From the NCBI GenBank assembly GCA_963835625.1, contig CAWIGO010000010.1, forward strand, positions 127,626-191,625: 64,000 nt of DNA, written 5' to 3'. Origin of the DNA: an uncultured Verrucomicrobiae bacterium. Its GTDB lineage: Bacteria > Verrucomicrobiota > Verrucomicrobiia > Limisphaerales > UBA11358. Made by a program: the position numbers and the translations under genes. A model generated the notes under the pieces. That model was not told where the DNA came from, did not search any database, and saw nothing but the letters and a program-made list of their open reading frames with translations. How positions within the stretch are numbered: the first letter of the stretch is position 1; each line of letters starts with the position of its first letter. This document shows positions 9,783 through 18,937 of the stretch, one piece after another.

Positions 9783-10574
9783 CCAAGCAATCGTTTGGCT
9801 TTGAGGTTGAAGTTAATGATGTAAGTCCGTTCTTTTTCCGGAGCGCCCTTCGGAAACGGCGCGATAAATGTGACGCGCTCAAGCGTGCGCTGGATGGAAG
9901 TGTCCACGTTTGCGTCGCCCGACGGCGCGATGATGCGCGCGGAAATCACCGTGCCATCGCTGGCAATGGTGACGCTGACTTTTGTGTTCGCATCGTCGCT
10001 GGCCGTGTCTGCCGGCAGCGTCCACGCCTGTTCGTAGATGCTTTTGACAACGCCGGCATAATTCGCATAAGCCGCGCTGCTGTTGCCGGGCATGTCAACC
10101 GTCGTGCCCGACGTCAAATCACTTTTCAAATTCCGGAGGGCGTTCCGGAACGCCCGCGCGCGGGTGGCGGCGTTGGGGGACGTTTTCGGCGCGGTGCGCG
10201 TCACGAGTTGCGTGTTGATTTGAATTTTGGGCGTTTGGTTGACGACCGGCTTTTCGGCGGGCCTCGGCTCCGGCGTCAGCGCCTTCACGATTTGTTTGAT
10301 GGGTTCCGGCGTTTCCACTTTAGGCGGCGTGACGACCGGTTGCGGCGGCAGCGGTTGTGGCATGGGTTGCACAACAGGCGGCGGCGGCTGGGCATCGCGA
10401 ACACCGCTGTTGAACTCGGCGTCAATCAAATTGGCCGGAATCACATCGAGCACCTGCAGGTCATCCGCCTTCGGCTTCGGAATAAAAAAACGCCGGGCCG
10501 ACTAATAAAATCACGATCAACAGCAGGTGAACACCCACCGTCGCCATTAAACATTTTTTTTGCAGGCGATTCAT
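9779..10574 (-). pseudogene. TolA/TonB-like envelope protein, frame broken at a T7 (A7 on + strand) run
   Basis: ATG at 10574 overlaps the tolR stop (ATGA) and encodes MNRLQKKCLMATVGVHLLLIVILLVGPAFF (TM anchor). That frame stops at 10461. The Pro-rich linker and TonB_C-like domain continue in the tracked ORF 9779..10453. Removing one A from the run 10484..10490 joins them (…GPAFFIPKPKADDLQVLDVIPAN…). Confidence 0.7.
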
Positions 10575-10984
10575 TTGGTCGGTTCGGTTCGCAGCGAATA
10601 GCGTGTGATACCGTTGCGCTGGCAACTATTAATCACGTCGGCGACATACTTGTAGGGATCGTCCTGATCCGCGCGAATATAAACAATGATGTTGGGATTG
10701 ACACGGAAGTCGGCAGCGAGGCGCGCAATCAATTGCTCAAAGCTCATTCGCTGTTTGTCGAGCGCATAAACGCCGGTCGTGCTGACTTCGACGGTGCGAA
10801 TGTCGCGTTTGTTCACAAATTTGTCCGGTTGGCCGCCGCGCGGAAGTTTCAGGTTGATGCTTTGTTCCAGCAGCGGCGTGGTAATGACAAAAATGATGAG
10901 CAGCACGAACGCGAGATCGAGCAGCGGCGTGATGTTGATTTCGCTCAACGTCACGAGATAACTGCGCTGGGAAAATCGTCGCAT
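10571..10984 (-). CDS. tolR: ExbD/TolR biopolymer transport protein
   Basis: 137-aa ORF. EINITPLLDLAFVLLIIFVITTP is the ExbD/TolR TM signature. Sits within the Tol-Pal gene order. Confidence 0.85.
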   Translation of the reverse strand: MRRFSQRSYLVTLSEINITPLLDLAFVLLIIFVITTPLLEQSINLKLPRGGQPDKFVNKRDIRTVEVSTTGVYALDKQRMSFEQLIARLAADFRVNPNIIVYIRADQDDPYKYVADVINSCQRNGITRYSLRTEPTK

Positions 10985-10993
10985 GGCTGCAAA

Positions 10994-11719
10994 TCATTCC
11001 TCCGCCAGATACTCCGTCTCCATTTTGGAAACGAGTTCCTGCGCAAAATTGTCGAGGCCGACGGTGAACACGCGCAAATTATGCACGAGCCAGTTGTAGC
11101 CAAACATCGAGGGAATCGCCACCAGCAGTCCGGCGACCGTTGTGATGAGCGCCGCTGAAACGCCCGGAGCCATCACCGCCAGCGTCGCCGTGCCCTGTTG
11201 CGCGATGCCGGCAAACGTGCTCATCACACCCCAAACCGTGCCGAGCAGACCGAGAAACGGCGCGCCACTCACGGCAATAGCCAGCCAAATCAAACCGGAT
11301 TCCAGTTTCAACGATTCCTGCGCAACGACGTTCTCGAGCGCGCGTTTGACATGTTCCATGTTTTTGAGCGTGACGCGTTGCTTGCGTCGGTCGCCGCCGG
11401 GGCCGCGCAACCGCGCGTCGAGTTGCGTGCAGCCGGATTGATAGACCACAAAAAGTGGGCAGCCTCCGATTTGCAATTTGCGGTCAAAAATATCGAGCAC
11501 GGATTTTTGCGAATGAAATTCCTCGTTGAAATAATAATTCAGGCGGCGCGCACGGCGCATTTGCAGGGCTTTGGAGGTCATCACCGACCACGCGATGATG
11601 GAAAAGACAAAGAGACAGGCGATGACCGCCTTGCCTTCCGGCGTCGCCTGTTTCCAAATGTAGACGAGTTCTGCTTGATTGGAAGCAGCCCCCACGACAA
11701 CATATAAATATCCATTCAT
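10994..11719 (-). CDS. tolQ: MotA/TolQ/ExbB proton channel protein
   Basis: 241-aa ORF with three TM segments. The C-terminal GAPFLGLLGTVWGVMSTF...ALITTVAGLLVAIP motif is typical of TolQ/ExbB. Confidence 0.85.
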   Translation of the reverse strand: MNGYLYVVVGAASNQAELVYIWKQATPEGKAVIACLFVFSIIAWSVMTSKALQMRRARRLNYYFNEEFHSQKSVLDIFDRKLQIGGCPLFVVYQSGCTQLDARLRGPGGDRRKQRVTLKNMEHVKRALENVVAQESLKLESGLIWLAIAVSGAPFLGLLGTVWGVMSTFAGIAQQGTATLAVMAPGVSAALITTVAGLLVAIPSMFGYNWLVHNLRVFTVGLDNFAQELVSKMETEYLAEE

Positions 11720-11955
11720 ACCGATAATTCACCCGGTCGTGAGGAACCGATGTAGCGGCCAAATGGCAAGAGGTCGAGCAATTTCTCCTACCTGATCAGT
11801 TTTTATCCCTTGTCGGGAAAAATGCAATGACTTTTTATTGGAAAAATAAATGGTTGCCTCCATTCTAGCTGCGCGAAAAAATCGCATATAAAAGAACCCG
11901 ATGTCTCGTCCGCGCCTCACCAATTCGCCACCACGGAACCCCCAAAAAAATTGAA

Positions 11956-12645
11956 TCACACTCGCGCGAGCGCACGCAAAGTTCGTTCCACGCAAGGATA
12001 TTTCAAAGCGCGAACCACGTTGAAATTTCTTCCCAGCCATGGCAGCACGAAAATCTTCTCCGCATCGAAAAATTCTGCGAGCAAACTCGCGTTCGTGCTT
12101 GTCGAAGAATCCAGCCTTGACGGCGACATCAAAACGACGCGCGCTTTGGTCGCTGCACTGCGCGACAACGCTTCGAGCGTGAGCAATACTTGATTCACCG
12201 CGCCAAGCCTGTTCGGGCAGACAACAATCGGCGTTGCGCGCAGGGCCGCAATCAAAGCGCGCGAATTGAAATTCCCGCCAAGTGGACTCAACAAACCGCC
12301 CGCGCCTTCAATCAGCACAACGTCAAAACGTTTTTGCATCGCACGAACATGCACGAGGACTTGTGAAAGTTTCACCCGCCTTTTTTCCCGGCGCGCAGCG
12401 AGCAATGGCGCAATAGGCGCGCGGAAATGCCATGGATTGATTTCGTCGAGTGACAGAACTCCGTTCAACGCAGCGCGAAGCGCGCGTCCATCGCCACGAC
12501 CACCGGAACAAATCGGCTTGAGCGCTGCTGCGCGGACGCCGCGTTCGCGCAAGTGGCGTGTGAACAGCACAGTGAGTGCCGTTTTACCGATGCCGGTGTC
12601 CGTGCCGGTGATGAAAAATGTCGTCCGCTTCATTCGCGACATCAA
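11956..12645 (-). CDS. bioD: ATP-dependent dethiobiotin synthetase
   Basis: FFITGTDTGIGKTALTVLF P-loop and a KPICSG motif. The start is uncertain (TTG 12645, ATG 12642 or ATG 12633). Confidence 0.8.
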   Translation of the reverse strand: MMSRMKRTTFFITGTDTGIGKTALTVLFTRHLRERGVRAAALKPICSGGRGDGRALRAALNGVLSLDEINPWHFRAPIAPLLAARREKRRVKLSQVLVHVRAMQKRFDVVLIEGAGGLLSPLGGNFNSRALIAALRATPIVVCPNRLGAVNQVLLTLEALSRSAATKARVVLMSPSRLDSSTSTNASLLAEFFDAEKIFVLPWLGRNFNVVRALKYPCVERTLRALARV

Positions 12646-12737
12646 AGCGGAAATGCGGTTGGGAATCCATCAAAACCATTGACGAAATCGGCGCAGCTCA
12701 TTTACTCTGCGCGGCTCGCCGACCAGCGGGAATCATT

Positions 12738-14060
12738 GTGAATATTACCGTCGAAAATCTGGCTCCGTGCAAAAAATTGCTGCGGGTGGAAGTGGATGCG
12801 AAAGCTGTGGACGAAGCTTTCGATGCCACCGCGAAGGATTTCCAAAAACAGGCCGCGTTGCCCGGCTTTCGTCCCGGCAAGGCGCCGCGCGATCTCGTGC
12901 TCAAAAAATACGAGGCGGACATCAAGAACGAGGTCAAACGGAAGCTCATCGGCGATTCGTATCGCAAGGCGCTGGACGAGAAAAAAATCGCCGTGCTCGG
13001 CTATCCAGACATTGAGGAAATCCAATTCGGTCGCGGACAAAATTTGCAGTTTGCCGCGACGATTGAAACCGCGCCGGAATTTCAACTACCCGAATACAAG
13101 GGATTGCCGGTCAGACGCGAAAATAAATCCGTCACGGACGCGGACGTGGAGCGCGCGTTGAAAATGCTGGCCCAGCAGCACGTGAAATTTGAGACGGTCG
13201 CGCGCGAACTGCGCCTGGGCGACATCGCCATGGTGAATTACACCGGCGCCTGCGACGGCAAGCCGATCACCGACACCGCGCCGACGGCGAAGGGTTTGAC
13301 GGAGCAGAAAAAATTCTGGGTGGACACCGCGCCGGGCGGTTTCATTCCCGGTTTTGCCGATCATCTCATCGGCGCGAAGGCGGGCGACAAACGCACGGTC
13401 AACGTGGATTTCCCCGCTGATTTCGTGACGAAGGAACTCGCGGGCAAAAAGGGCGTCTTCGAGGTTGAGATCGTCGAGGTGAAGGAAAAAGTTTTGCCGC
13501 CGGTTGACGACGCATTCGCCAGGAAATACGACGCGGAAAATCTGGACAAGCTGCGCGCGGGTGTCCGCCGCGATTTGGAGAATGAGTTGAAATACTCGCA
13601 GGAAAAAGAGGTTCGCGGGCAGATTATCCGTGGATTGCTGGACCGGGTGAATTTCGATTTGCCGGAAATCGCCGTCGCGCACGAAACGCGCAACGTGGTC
13701 TATGACATCGTGCGCGAAAATTCGCAGCGTGGCGTGACGCGCGATTTGATTGAAAAACAGAAGGACGAAATCTACTCCGCCGCAACGCGCAGCGCGAAGG
13801 AGCGTGTGAAGCTGGCGTTTTTAATTCAGCGCATCGCGGAAAAGGAAAACATCAAGGTTTCGCAGGAAGAAGCACTGCAACACGCGCAGGCGTTGGCGGC
13901 GATGTATCAAATTCCGCCGGAAAAATTTCTCAAGGACTTGCAGAAGCGCAACGGCGTGATGGAGCTTTACGACCAGATTGCCCGTGAAAAAGTGCTCGCG
14001 TTTCTTGAACAGAACGCGAAAATTGAGGAAACACCCGCAGCCGCTGCAAGCTCGGGTTAA
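12738..14060 (+). CDS. tig: Trigger factor
   Basis: GTG at 12738 gives NITVENLAPCKKLLRVEVDAKAVDEAFD...GFRPGKAP (the ribosome-binding GFRxGxxP motif), followed by FKBP-like and C-terminal domains. Confidence 0.9.
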   Translation: MNITVENLAPCKKLLRVEVDAKAVDEAFDATAKDFQKQAALPGFRPGKAPRDLVLKKYEADIKNEVKRKLIGDSYRKALDEKKIAVLGYPDIEEIQFGRGQNLQFAATIETAPEFQLPEYKGLPVRRENKSVTDADVERALKMLAQQHVKFETVARELRLGDIAMVNYTGACDGKPITDTAPTAKGLTEQKKFWVDTAPGGFIPGFADHLIGAKAGDKRTVNVDFPADFVTKELAGKKGVFEVEIVEVKEKVLPPVDDAFARKYDAENLDKLRAGVRRDLENELKYSQEKEVRGQIIRGLLDRVNFDLPEIAVAHETRNVVYDIVRENSQRGVTRDLIEKQKDEIYSAATRSAKERVKLAFLIQRIAEKENIKVSQEEALQHAQALAAMYQIPPEKFLKDLQKRNGVMELYDQIAREKVLAFLEQNAKIEETPAAAASSG

Positions 14061-14183
14061 CCAAATGGTTACTTCGGGGATTGCCAGCGCGTCTTAAACC
14101 CGGCAAGTTTGGGCGAAGGTATAACTTTGGCTGCAGAATGGGATTTGTTTGAACGGGCGTGCTCAAGCGCGCTTTTTTGCACG

Positions 14184-15782
14184 ATGAAAAGTTTTAACGT
14201 TGTTTTGTTTTTTCTCTCCACGGTTTTCATGGCCGTCGCGCAGACGGACACAAACGCGGTCGCCGCGCAAACGGGCACGAACGTGGCCACCGTGCCGGTC
14301 GAGACCAACGCGCCGGCTCCACCCTCGGGCATCAATGCAGCCACCGCGCCAGCGGGCATGAACGCCGCTACGCGCCAAATGTCGCTGGACGACTGCATCC
14401 AGGAAGCCTTGCAGCACAACCTCGACGTGCAAATCGAGCGCTACAATCCGCAAATCTCCCTCTACAACCTGCGCGCGGCCTATGGCGGTTATGATCCGCT
14501 GCTCAACATTTCCGGCCAGCATAGTTATACGGTGACGCCGCCCCGTAACAATCCGTATTCAACCAACCAAACTCCGCCCACGGTATCCGATGAGAACTCA
14601 TTCAATTCCGGCATCAAGGGGTCGCTGCCGTGGGGATTGCAATACGATTTCAGCGGCAGCATTGCGGAGCAATACGGAAACAACGGACTTCCGTTTGATA
14701 ACTCGTTCGGCAATATCGGAGTAAGCCTCACACAGCCATTGCTGAAAAACTTCTGGATTGATAACACGCGATTGACCATCAAGGTCGCCAAAAACCGGCT
14801 CACATATTCCGAGCAGGGCCTGCGCCAACAAGTCATCACCAGCGTCACCGCCGTTGAGAACGCCTATTACGAGCTCATCTATGCGCAGGACAACGTGACG
14901 GTGCAGCAGGAGGCGCTGAAGCTCGCCCAGACGCAGCTTGACCAGGACAATCAGCGCGTGCAAATCGGCACGCTTGCCATCTTGAGCGTCCAGCAGGACG
15001 AGGCACAGGTTGCCACCAGCCGCGCAAATCTGATTGCGGCACAAAGCACGCTCAATACAGACCAAAACACCCTGAAAAACCTGCTCACTGATGAGTATTC
15101 GCGCTGGCACGACATGGACATCCAGCCCACCGCAACGCTGGAGGCCCCGCTGCAACTGTTCGATTTGCAGGACAGTTGGGGCAAAGGCATGACCGAGCGG
15201 CCCGATTTATTGCAAGCGCAGCTAAACGTGAAACAGCAGGGAATTCAACTGAAGTATTATCGTAATCAGCTTTTTCCCGAACTCGACTTGATCGGCACCT
15301 ACGGTTTCAATGGTGCCGGCAGGGAATTCAGCGACGCGTTCGGACAATTCAACGAGGGCAACGCTCCATTTTACAGCTACGGTGCGCAACTTTCCGTTCC
15401 CCTCAGCAATGTCGGCCCGCGCAACCAATACAAATCCAACAAGGCGACGCTGCAACAAATTGTGCTGCAACTGAAGCAACTCGAACAAAATGTTTTGGTG
15501 GAAATTGACAACGCCGTGAAACAGGCCCAATCCAATTACCAAAGCGTGGAGGCCACGAAACAGGCGCGCATTTACGCCGAGGCCGCGCTTGACGCCGAGG
15601 AGAAAACCTACACCGTCGGCAAGGCCACCACGTTTGAAGTGCTGCAATATCAAAACAACCTGACCGCCGCGCGTTCGCAGGAAATCCGCGCGCTCGCCAA
15701 TTACAACGAAGCCCTCGTCAATCTTGCCGCGCAGGAAGGCAGCACGCTCGAACGTCACGGCATCAAACTCGAAGTGAAGTAG
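14184..15782 (+). CDS. TolC-family outer-membrane efflux protein
   Basis: ATG at 14184 gives signal peptide MKSFNVVLFFLSTVFMAVAQ. Two repeats of the OEP pattern follow (LSLDDCIQEALQHNLD...; RPDLLQAQLNVKQQ...). Confidence 0.85.
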   Translation: MKSFNVVLFFLSTVFMAVAQTDTNAVAAQTGTNVATVPVETNAPAPPSGINAATAPAGMNAATRQMSLDDCIQEALQHNLDVQIERYNPQISLYNLRAAYGGYDPLLNISGQHSYTVTPPRNNPYSTNQTPPTVSDENSFNSGIKGSLPWGLQYDFSGSIAEQYGNNGLPFDNSFGNIGVSLTQPLLKNFWIDNTRLTIKVAKNRLTYSEQGLRQQVITSVTAVENAYYELIYAQDNVTVQQEALKLAQTQLDQDNQRVQIGTLAILSVQQDEAQVATSRANLIAAQSTLNTDQNTLKNLLTDEYSRWHDMDIQPTATLEAPLQLFDLQDSWGKGMTERPDLLQAQLNVKQQGIQLKYYRNQLFPELDLIGTYGFNGAGREFSDAFGQFNEGNAPFYSYGAQLSVPLSNVGPRNQYKSNKATLQQIVLQLKQLEQNVLVEIDNAVKQAQSNYQSVEATKQARIYAEAALDAEEKTYTVGKATTFEVLQYQNNLTAARSQEIRALANYNEALVNLAAQEGSTLERHGIKLEVK

Positions 15783-15827
15783 CCTGCAACAGTGGTTTGG
15801 GGGCTGTCACCGAAACAGGTGGAATTT

Positions 15828-16373
15828 TTACCGGTCCAAGCTCAGAATTTTTGTTCCCGTTCCACTTTTCAGCGTAACTTTGTCTTTCGAGATTGCCGTC
15901 ACCCGAAACTCACCCACGCGGTCGCCAACGAAAACCGTGGCCCCATCCACAATGGCGCACGGTCGCGTCGGGTCAAACAAAACGCCCTGGAGTTTTGGCT
16001 CCGGCGGCGGTGGCGGCGGCGGCGGAACGGCGACAACCTCATTTGAAACTGATGGTGCGTTGGTAGCAGCCGGTGTGGAATTGGAAACGGATTCGACCTG
16101 CTGGATCGGCGAAAGTATCGGCGCGGTTACTGGCGCGGTTGCCAGCGTGGTTGCCGGCGGCGGCGGCGACGGCGGTGGTGGCGTGTGCTTGGACAGTGAA
16201 AGTCTGATGAAAAATCCGGCAACGGCCAGAAACAGAACAATCGCCACCAGCAGAAGCCAATTCATGCCGCCGCGCGAAACGGATTCGACCGGCGGCAACG
16301 GCGGCTGGCTGGACGGTGGATTGTTTTGTTGTGACCGTCTGGCTTGTTTGAGGGCGTCGTTGATCAGGCTCAT
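15828..16373 (-). CDS. GspB/ExeB-like protein (N-terminal MSLINDALK, TM, Pro-rich linker, T2SSB-like C-terminus)
   Basis: The start ATG overlaps the ExeA stop (ATGA). It has one TM helix. The C-terminal LQGVLFDPTRPCAIVDGATVFVGDRVGEFRVTAISKDKVTL resembles the GspB C-terminal domain. Confidence 0.6.
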   Translation of the reverse strand: MSLINDALKQARRSQQNNPPSSQPPLPPVESVSRGGMNWLLLVAIVLFLAVAGFFIRLSLSKHTPPPPSPPPPATTLATAPVTAPILSPIQQVESVSNSTPAATNAPSVSNEVVAVPPPPPPPPEPKLQGVLFDPTRPCAIVDGATVFVGDRVGEFRVTAISKDKVTLKSGTGTKILSLDR

Positions 16374-17185
16374 AAGTGTATGTCTCCTTCGAGTTCACGG
16401 ACGGCGCGGCTAACCATCCGATAGTTGATACTTTCGGATTGCTCGACAAAACCGGCAAGCAACGCCTTGTCACATACGGCGTTGACCAGTCGCGGAATGC
16501 CGTGGCTGTAACCAAAAATGCGCCAGAGCGCGGGCCGCGTGAAATAGGGTGCGCCCCTGGCGCCGGCCAGTTCGAGCCGGTGCTGGATGTATTGGGCGAC
16601 CTCGGCGCGCGTGAGCGGCGCGAGATGGTATCGCACCGTGATGCGCTGGCGAAGCTGGCGCAGGCGCGGGTTATTCAGGCGGTCGCGCAATTCCGGCTGG
16701 CCCAGCAAAATAATTTGCAGCAGCTTGCGGTCGTCGGTCTCAATGTTGGAAAGCAGCCGGACTTGTTCAAGCAACTCGTCGGTCAGGTCCTGCGCTTCAT
16801 CAATGATGAGCACGGATTCCCTGCCACACTCGACCTGCTTGACCAAAAACTCATTGATTGCCGCCTTGACCCCCAGCCGGTTGCGCCATTTGACGTGGAG
16901 GCCGAATTCAGTGCCGATGCTCTTCATCAACTCGTCCATGTTCATCACCGGATTGAGGATGAGGGCGGTGGAATACCGCGAATCCAGTTGCTCCAGCAGC
17001 GCGCGGGAAAGCGTTGTTTTACCTGCACCGACTTCGCCGGTGAGCTGCACGAAGCCCTTGCGCTCGCGGATGCCGTAGAGCAGGTGATTGATGGCTTCGC
17101 GATGCTTCGCACTATGGAATAGAAAGCGCGGGTCCGGCGTGAGGTCGAACGGCGCCACCTTCAATCCGTAAAAATCCAAATACAC
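16370..17185 (-). CDS. ExeA/GspA-family AAA ATPase
   Basis: The GTG at 17185 gives (M)YLDFYGLKVAPFDLTPDPRFLF, the typical ExeA N-terminus. Walker A is TGEVGAGKTT and Walker B is VLIIDEAQ. Confidence 0.85.
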   Translation of the reverse strand: MYLDFYGLKVAPFDLTPDPRFLFHSAKHREAINHLLYGIRERKGFVQLTGEVGAGKTTLSRALLEQLDSRYSTALILNPVMNMDELMKSIGTEFGLHVKWRNRLGVKAAINEFLVKQVECGRESVLIIDEAQDLTDELLEQVRLLSNIETDDRKLLQIILLGQPELRDRLNNPRLRQLRQRITVRYHLAPLTRAEVAQYIQHRLELAGARGAPYFTRPALWRIFGYSHGIPRLVNAVCDKALLAGFVEQSESINYRMVSRAVRELEGDIHL

Positions 17186-17243
17186 GGCGGGTTTTTTAGC
17201 AGAAAACGGGCAGACTGGAAGCAAAAGGTTTTCTACCGGATAA

Positions 17244-18374
17244 CTACAACAAAATCTTCCGCGCCGCTTTCACCAATGCTTCCACTTCTGAGGGATTGCC
17301 AATTGTGATGCGCAGATACTTTTTCACTTCGGGAAAATTAAACCAGCGGACCAGAATTTTCCGGTCTCGAAACTTTTCCAGCCAGTCTTTCGCGGAAAAC
17401 AATGGCGGCTGGACGAGAATAAAATTCGCCTGACTCGGAAAAACGCGGAAACCGAGCTTCGTCAATTCGCGGCTCAACCACTCGCGTGTGGCGATGATTT
17501 TCCGAAAATTCGCGCGGTGATACGGCAAATCGTCCAGTGCTGCCACAGCGGCGATCTGGCCGAGGCCGTTGACATTGTAAGTGTCGCGAATTTTGTGCAG
17601 CGCGGCGATGAGGTCGCGATGACCAACAAAATAACCGACACGCTGGAAGCAGAGCGAATAAGCCTTGGAAAACGTCCGCGCCACGAGCACATGCGGATAT
17701 TTCAACGCCAGCTTCATCGCGTTTTCCTCCGCGAAATCCACATAAGCCTCGTCCAGCACTACGACGCCTTTCTGCGCCCGGCAAAGTTTTTCCAAATCCA
17801 CCGTCGAATAACCGCGACCGCTTGGTGCATTTGGCGTCGTCACATAAGTCAGTGCAGCATTAAATCTACACACCCTTCCATGTTTCAATTCCGCCACACT
17901 CGGCAGGCTAAAATCAGGCTTGAGTGACACGGGATTTTTCACTGCGCCATGAATATCCGCCAGCACTGGGTAGAGCGAATAACTTGGTGTGAAGTATTGG
18001 ATGATCTGGTAGGGACGCCCCGCCGGGGCGTCCGCGGACACGCGAGGCCGCGTGTCCCTACCTAAAACCGGCTCCACAAAGCACCGCGTGGCCAGCGCCA
18101 GCAATTCGTCCGAGCCGTTGCCCACGATGATGTTGTCCGCGTGACAACCGTGCAACTTCGCCAACTTTTCGCGCAATGCCTGTGCCGTCGGGTTTGGATA
18201 CTTCCGTAACCGCCCGTCCACCGCTGCTTTGACCGCCGCCAGCACCTTCGGCGACGGCGGATACGGATTTTCGTTCGTGTTGAGCTTGATCAATCCCTTG
18301 ATCTTTGGCTGCTCACCGTAGACATAAGGGTGCAACTTGTGCACGAGCATGCGAATTAGTTGCGAATTCTTCAT
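17244..18374 (-). CDS. hisC: Histidinol-phosphate aminotransferase
   Basis: LNTNENPYPPSP, GNGSDELL and the FSKAYSL (PLP-lysine) motifs. Carries an extra segment encoded by the palindromic element at 18009..18061. Confidence 0.9.
   Translation of the reverse strand: MKNSQLIRMLVHKLHPYVYGEQPKIKGLIKLNTNENPYPPSPKVLAAVKAAVDGRLRKYPNPTAQALREKLAKLHGCHADNIIVGNGSDELLALATRCFVEPVLGRDTRPRVSADAPAGRPYQIIQYFTPSYSLYPVLADIHGAVKNPVSLKPDFSLPSVAELKHGRVCRFNAALTYVTTPNAPSGRGYSTVDLEKLCRAQKGVVVLDEAYVDFAEENAMKLALKYPHVLVARTFSKAYSLCFQRVGYFVGHRDLIAALHKIRDTYNVNGLGQIAAVAALDDLPYHRANFRKIIATREWLSRELTKLGFRVFPSQANFILVQPPLFSAKDWLEKFRDRKILVRWFNFPEVKKYLRITIGNPSEVEALVKAARKILL
18009..18061. repeat. GTAGGGAC double-hairpin element inside the hisC coding sequence
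   Basis: GTAGGGACGCCCCGCCGGGGCGTCC-GC-GGACACGCGAGGCCGCGTGTCCCTAC is two perfect hairpins bounded by GTAGGGAC/GTCCCTAC. It is nearly the reverse complement of 61864..61924. Confidence 0.85.
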
Positions 18375-18400
18375 GAATTTAGCATAGGGAAATAAGAAAA

Positions 18401-18934
18401 TTACTTTCTGCGTGCTGAACGTAAAGCAACAACGGCGGTTGGTTCCCCAGTGTGACGTTTTACATTCTCTAAACAGAAAACTTCAATTTGGGCAACCAGC
18501 TTTTCAGCGATTTGCAACAGAGTTTCAAAGTGCGGAAGAGTATAAAGTCCTGCAATAGGAAATTGCAGAGCTTTCGAGCTGTAAAGTTCGCTGGCCAAAT
18601 AGAGTTCCTCGCGTTCTTTAGATTCGAGTTTCAACAAGTTGGTTAAACCACGCTCTTCAGCAGCGTTCAATGCAATGATGAGATTATGTTTACATTTGTC
18701 CGCCAAAAAATCTTCACTTTCTCCGCTACCACGTAAATAGCCTTTCAGCGCTAATTCAATCGCTTGGCAAGCCAAGAAATATAACGGTGCTTCCGGTTCT
18801 CCTATTAGCAACAAATTCGATTTCGCTCGTTCGTGCGTGAACAAGCTGCGTGCAGCTTCCGCATAACTCTTGGCACCATTCCATAACATCATTGAACTGA
18901 GATGATCAGCGCTCATTCTAATTTTTCCCTCCAT
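18401..18934 (-). CDS. HEPN-domain-like protein (orphan, no MNT partner seen)
   Basis: The 177-aa ORF is visibly AT-richer than its neighbours. YFLACQAIELALKGYLRGSG...KHNLIIAL...ELYSSKALQFP follows the classic HEPN helix pattern (…aEk.LKa.L…H.L..L…Y..aRYP). An alternative ATG at 18916 has a GGAGGG upstream. Confidence 0.5.
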   Translation of the reverse strand: MEGKIRMSADHLSSMMLWNGAKSYAEAARSLFTHERAKSNLLLIGEPEAPLYFLACQAIELALKGYLRGSGESEDFLADKCKHNLIIALNAAEERGLTNLLKLESKEREELYLASELYSSKALQFPIAGLYTLPHFETLLQIAEKLVAQIEVFCLENVKRHTGEPTAVVALRSARRK

Positions 18935-18937
18935 TTT

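Noticed and set aside
16001-16030. GGC/CCG triplet run in the GspB-like gene as a phase-variation locus
   Set aside because: Triplet slippage keeps the frame, and the tract simply encodes a poly-Pro linker. There is no on/off potential.
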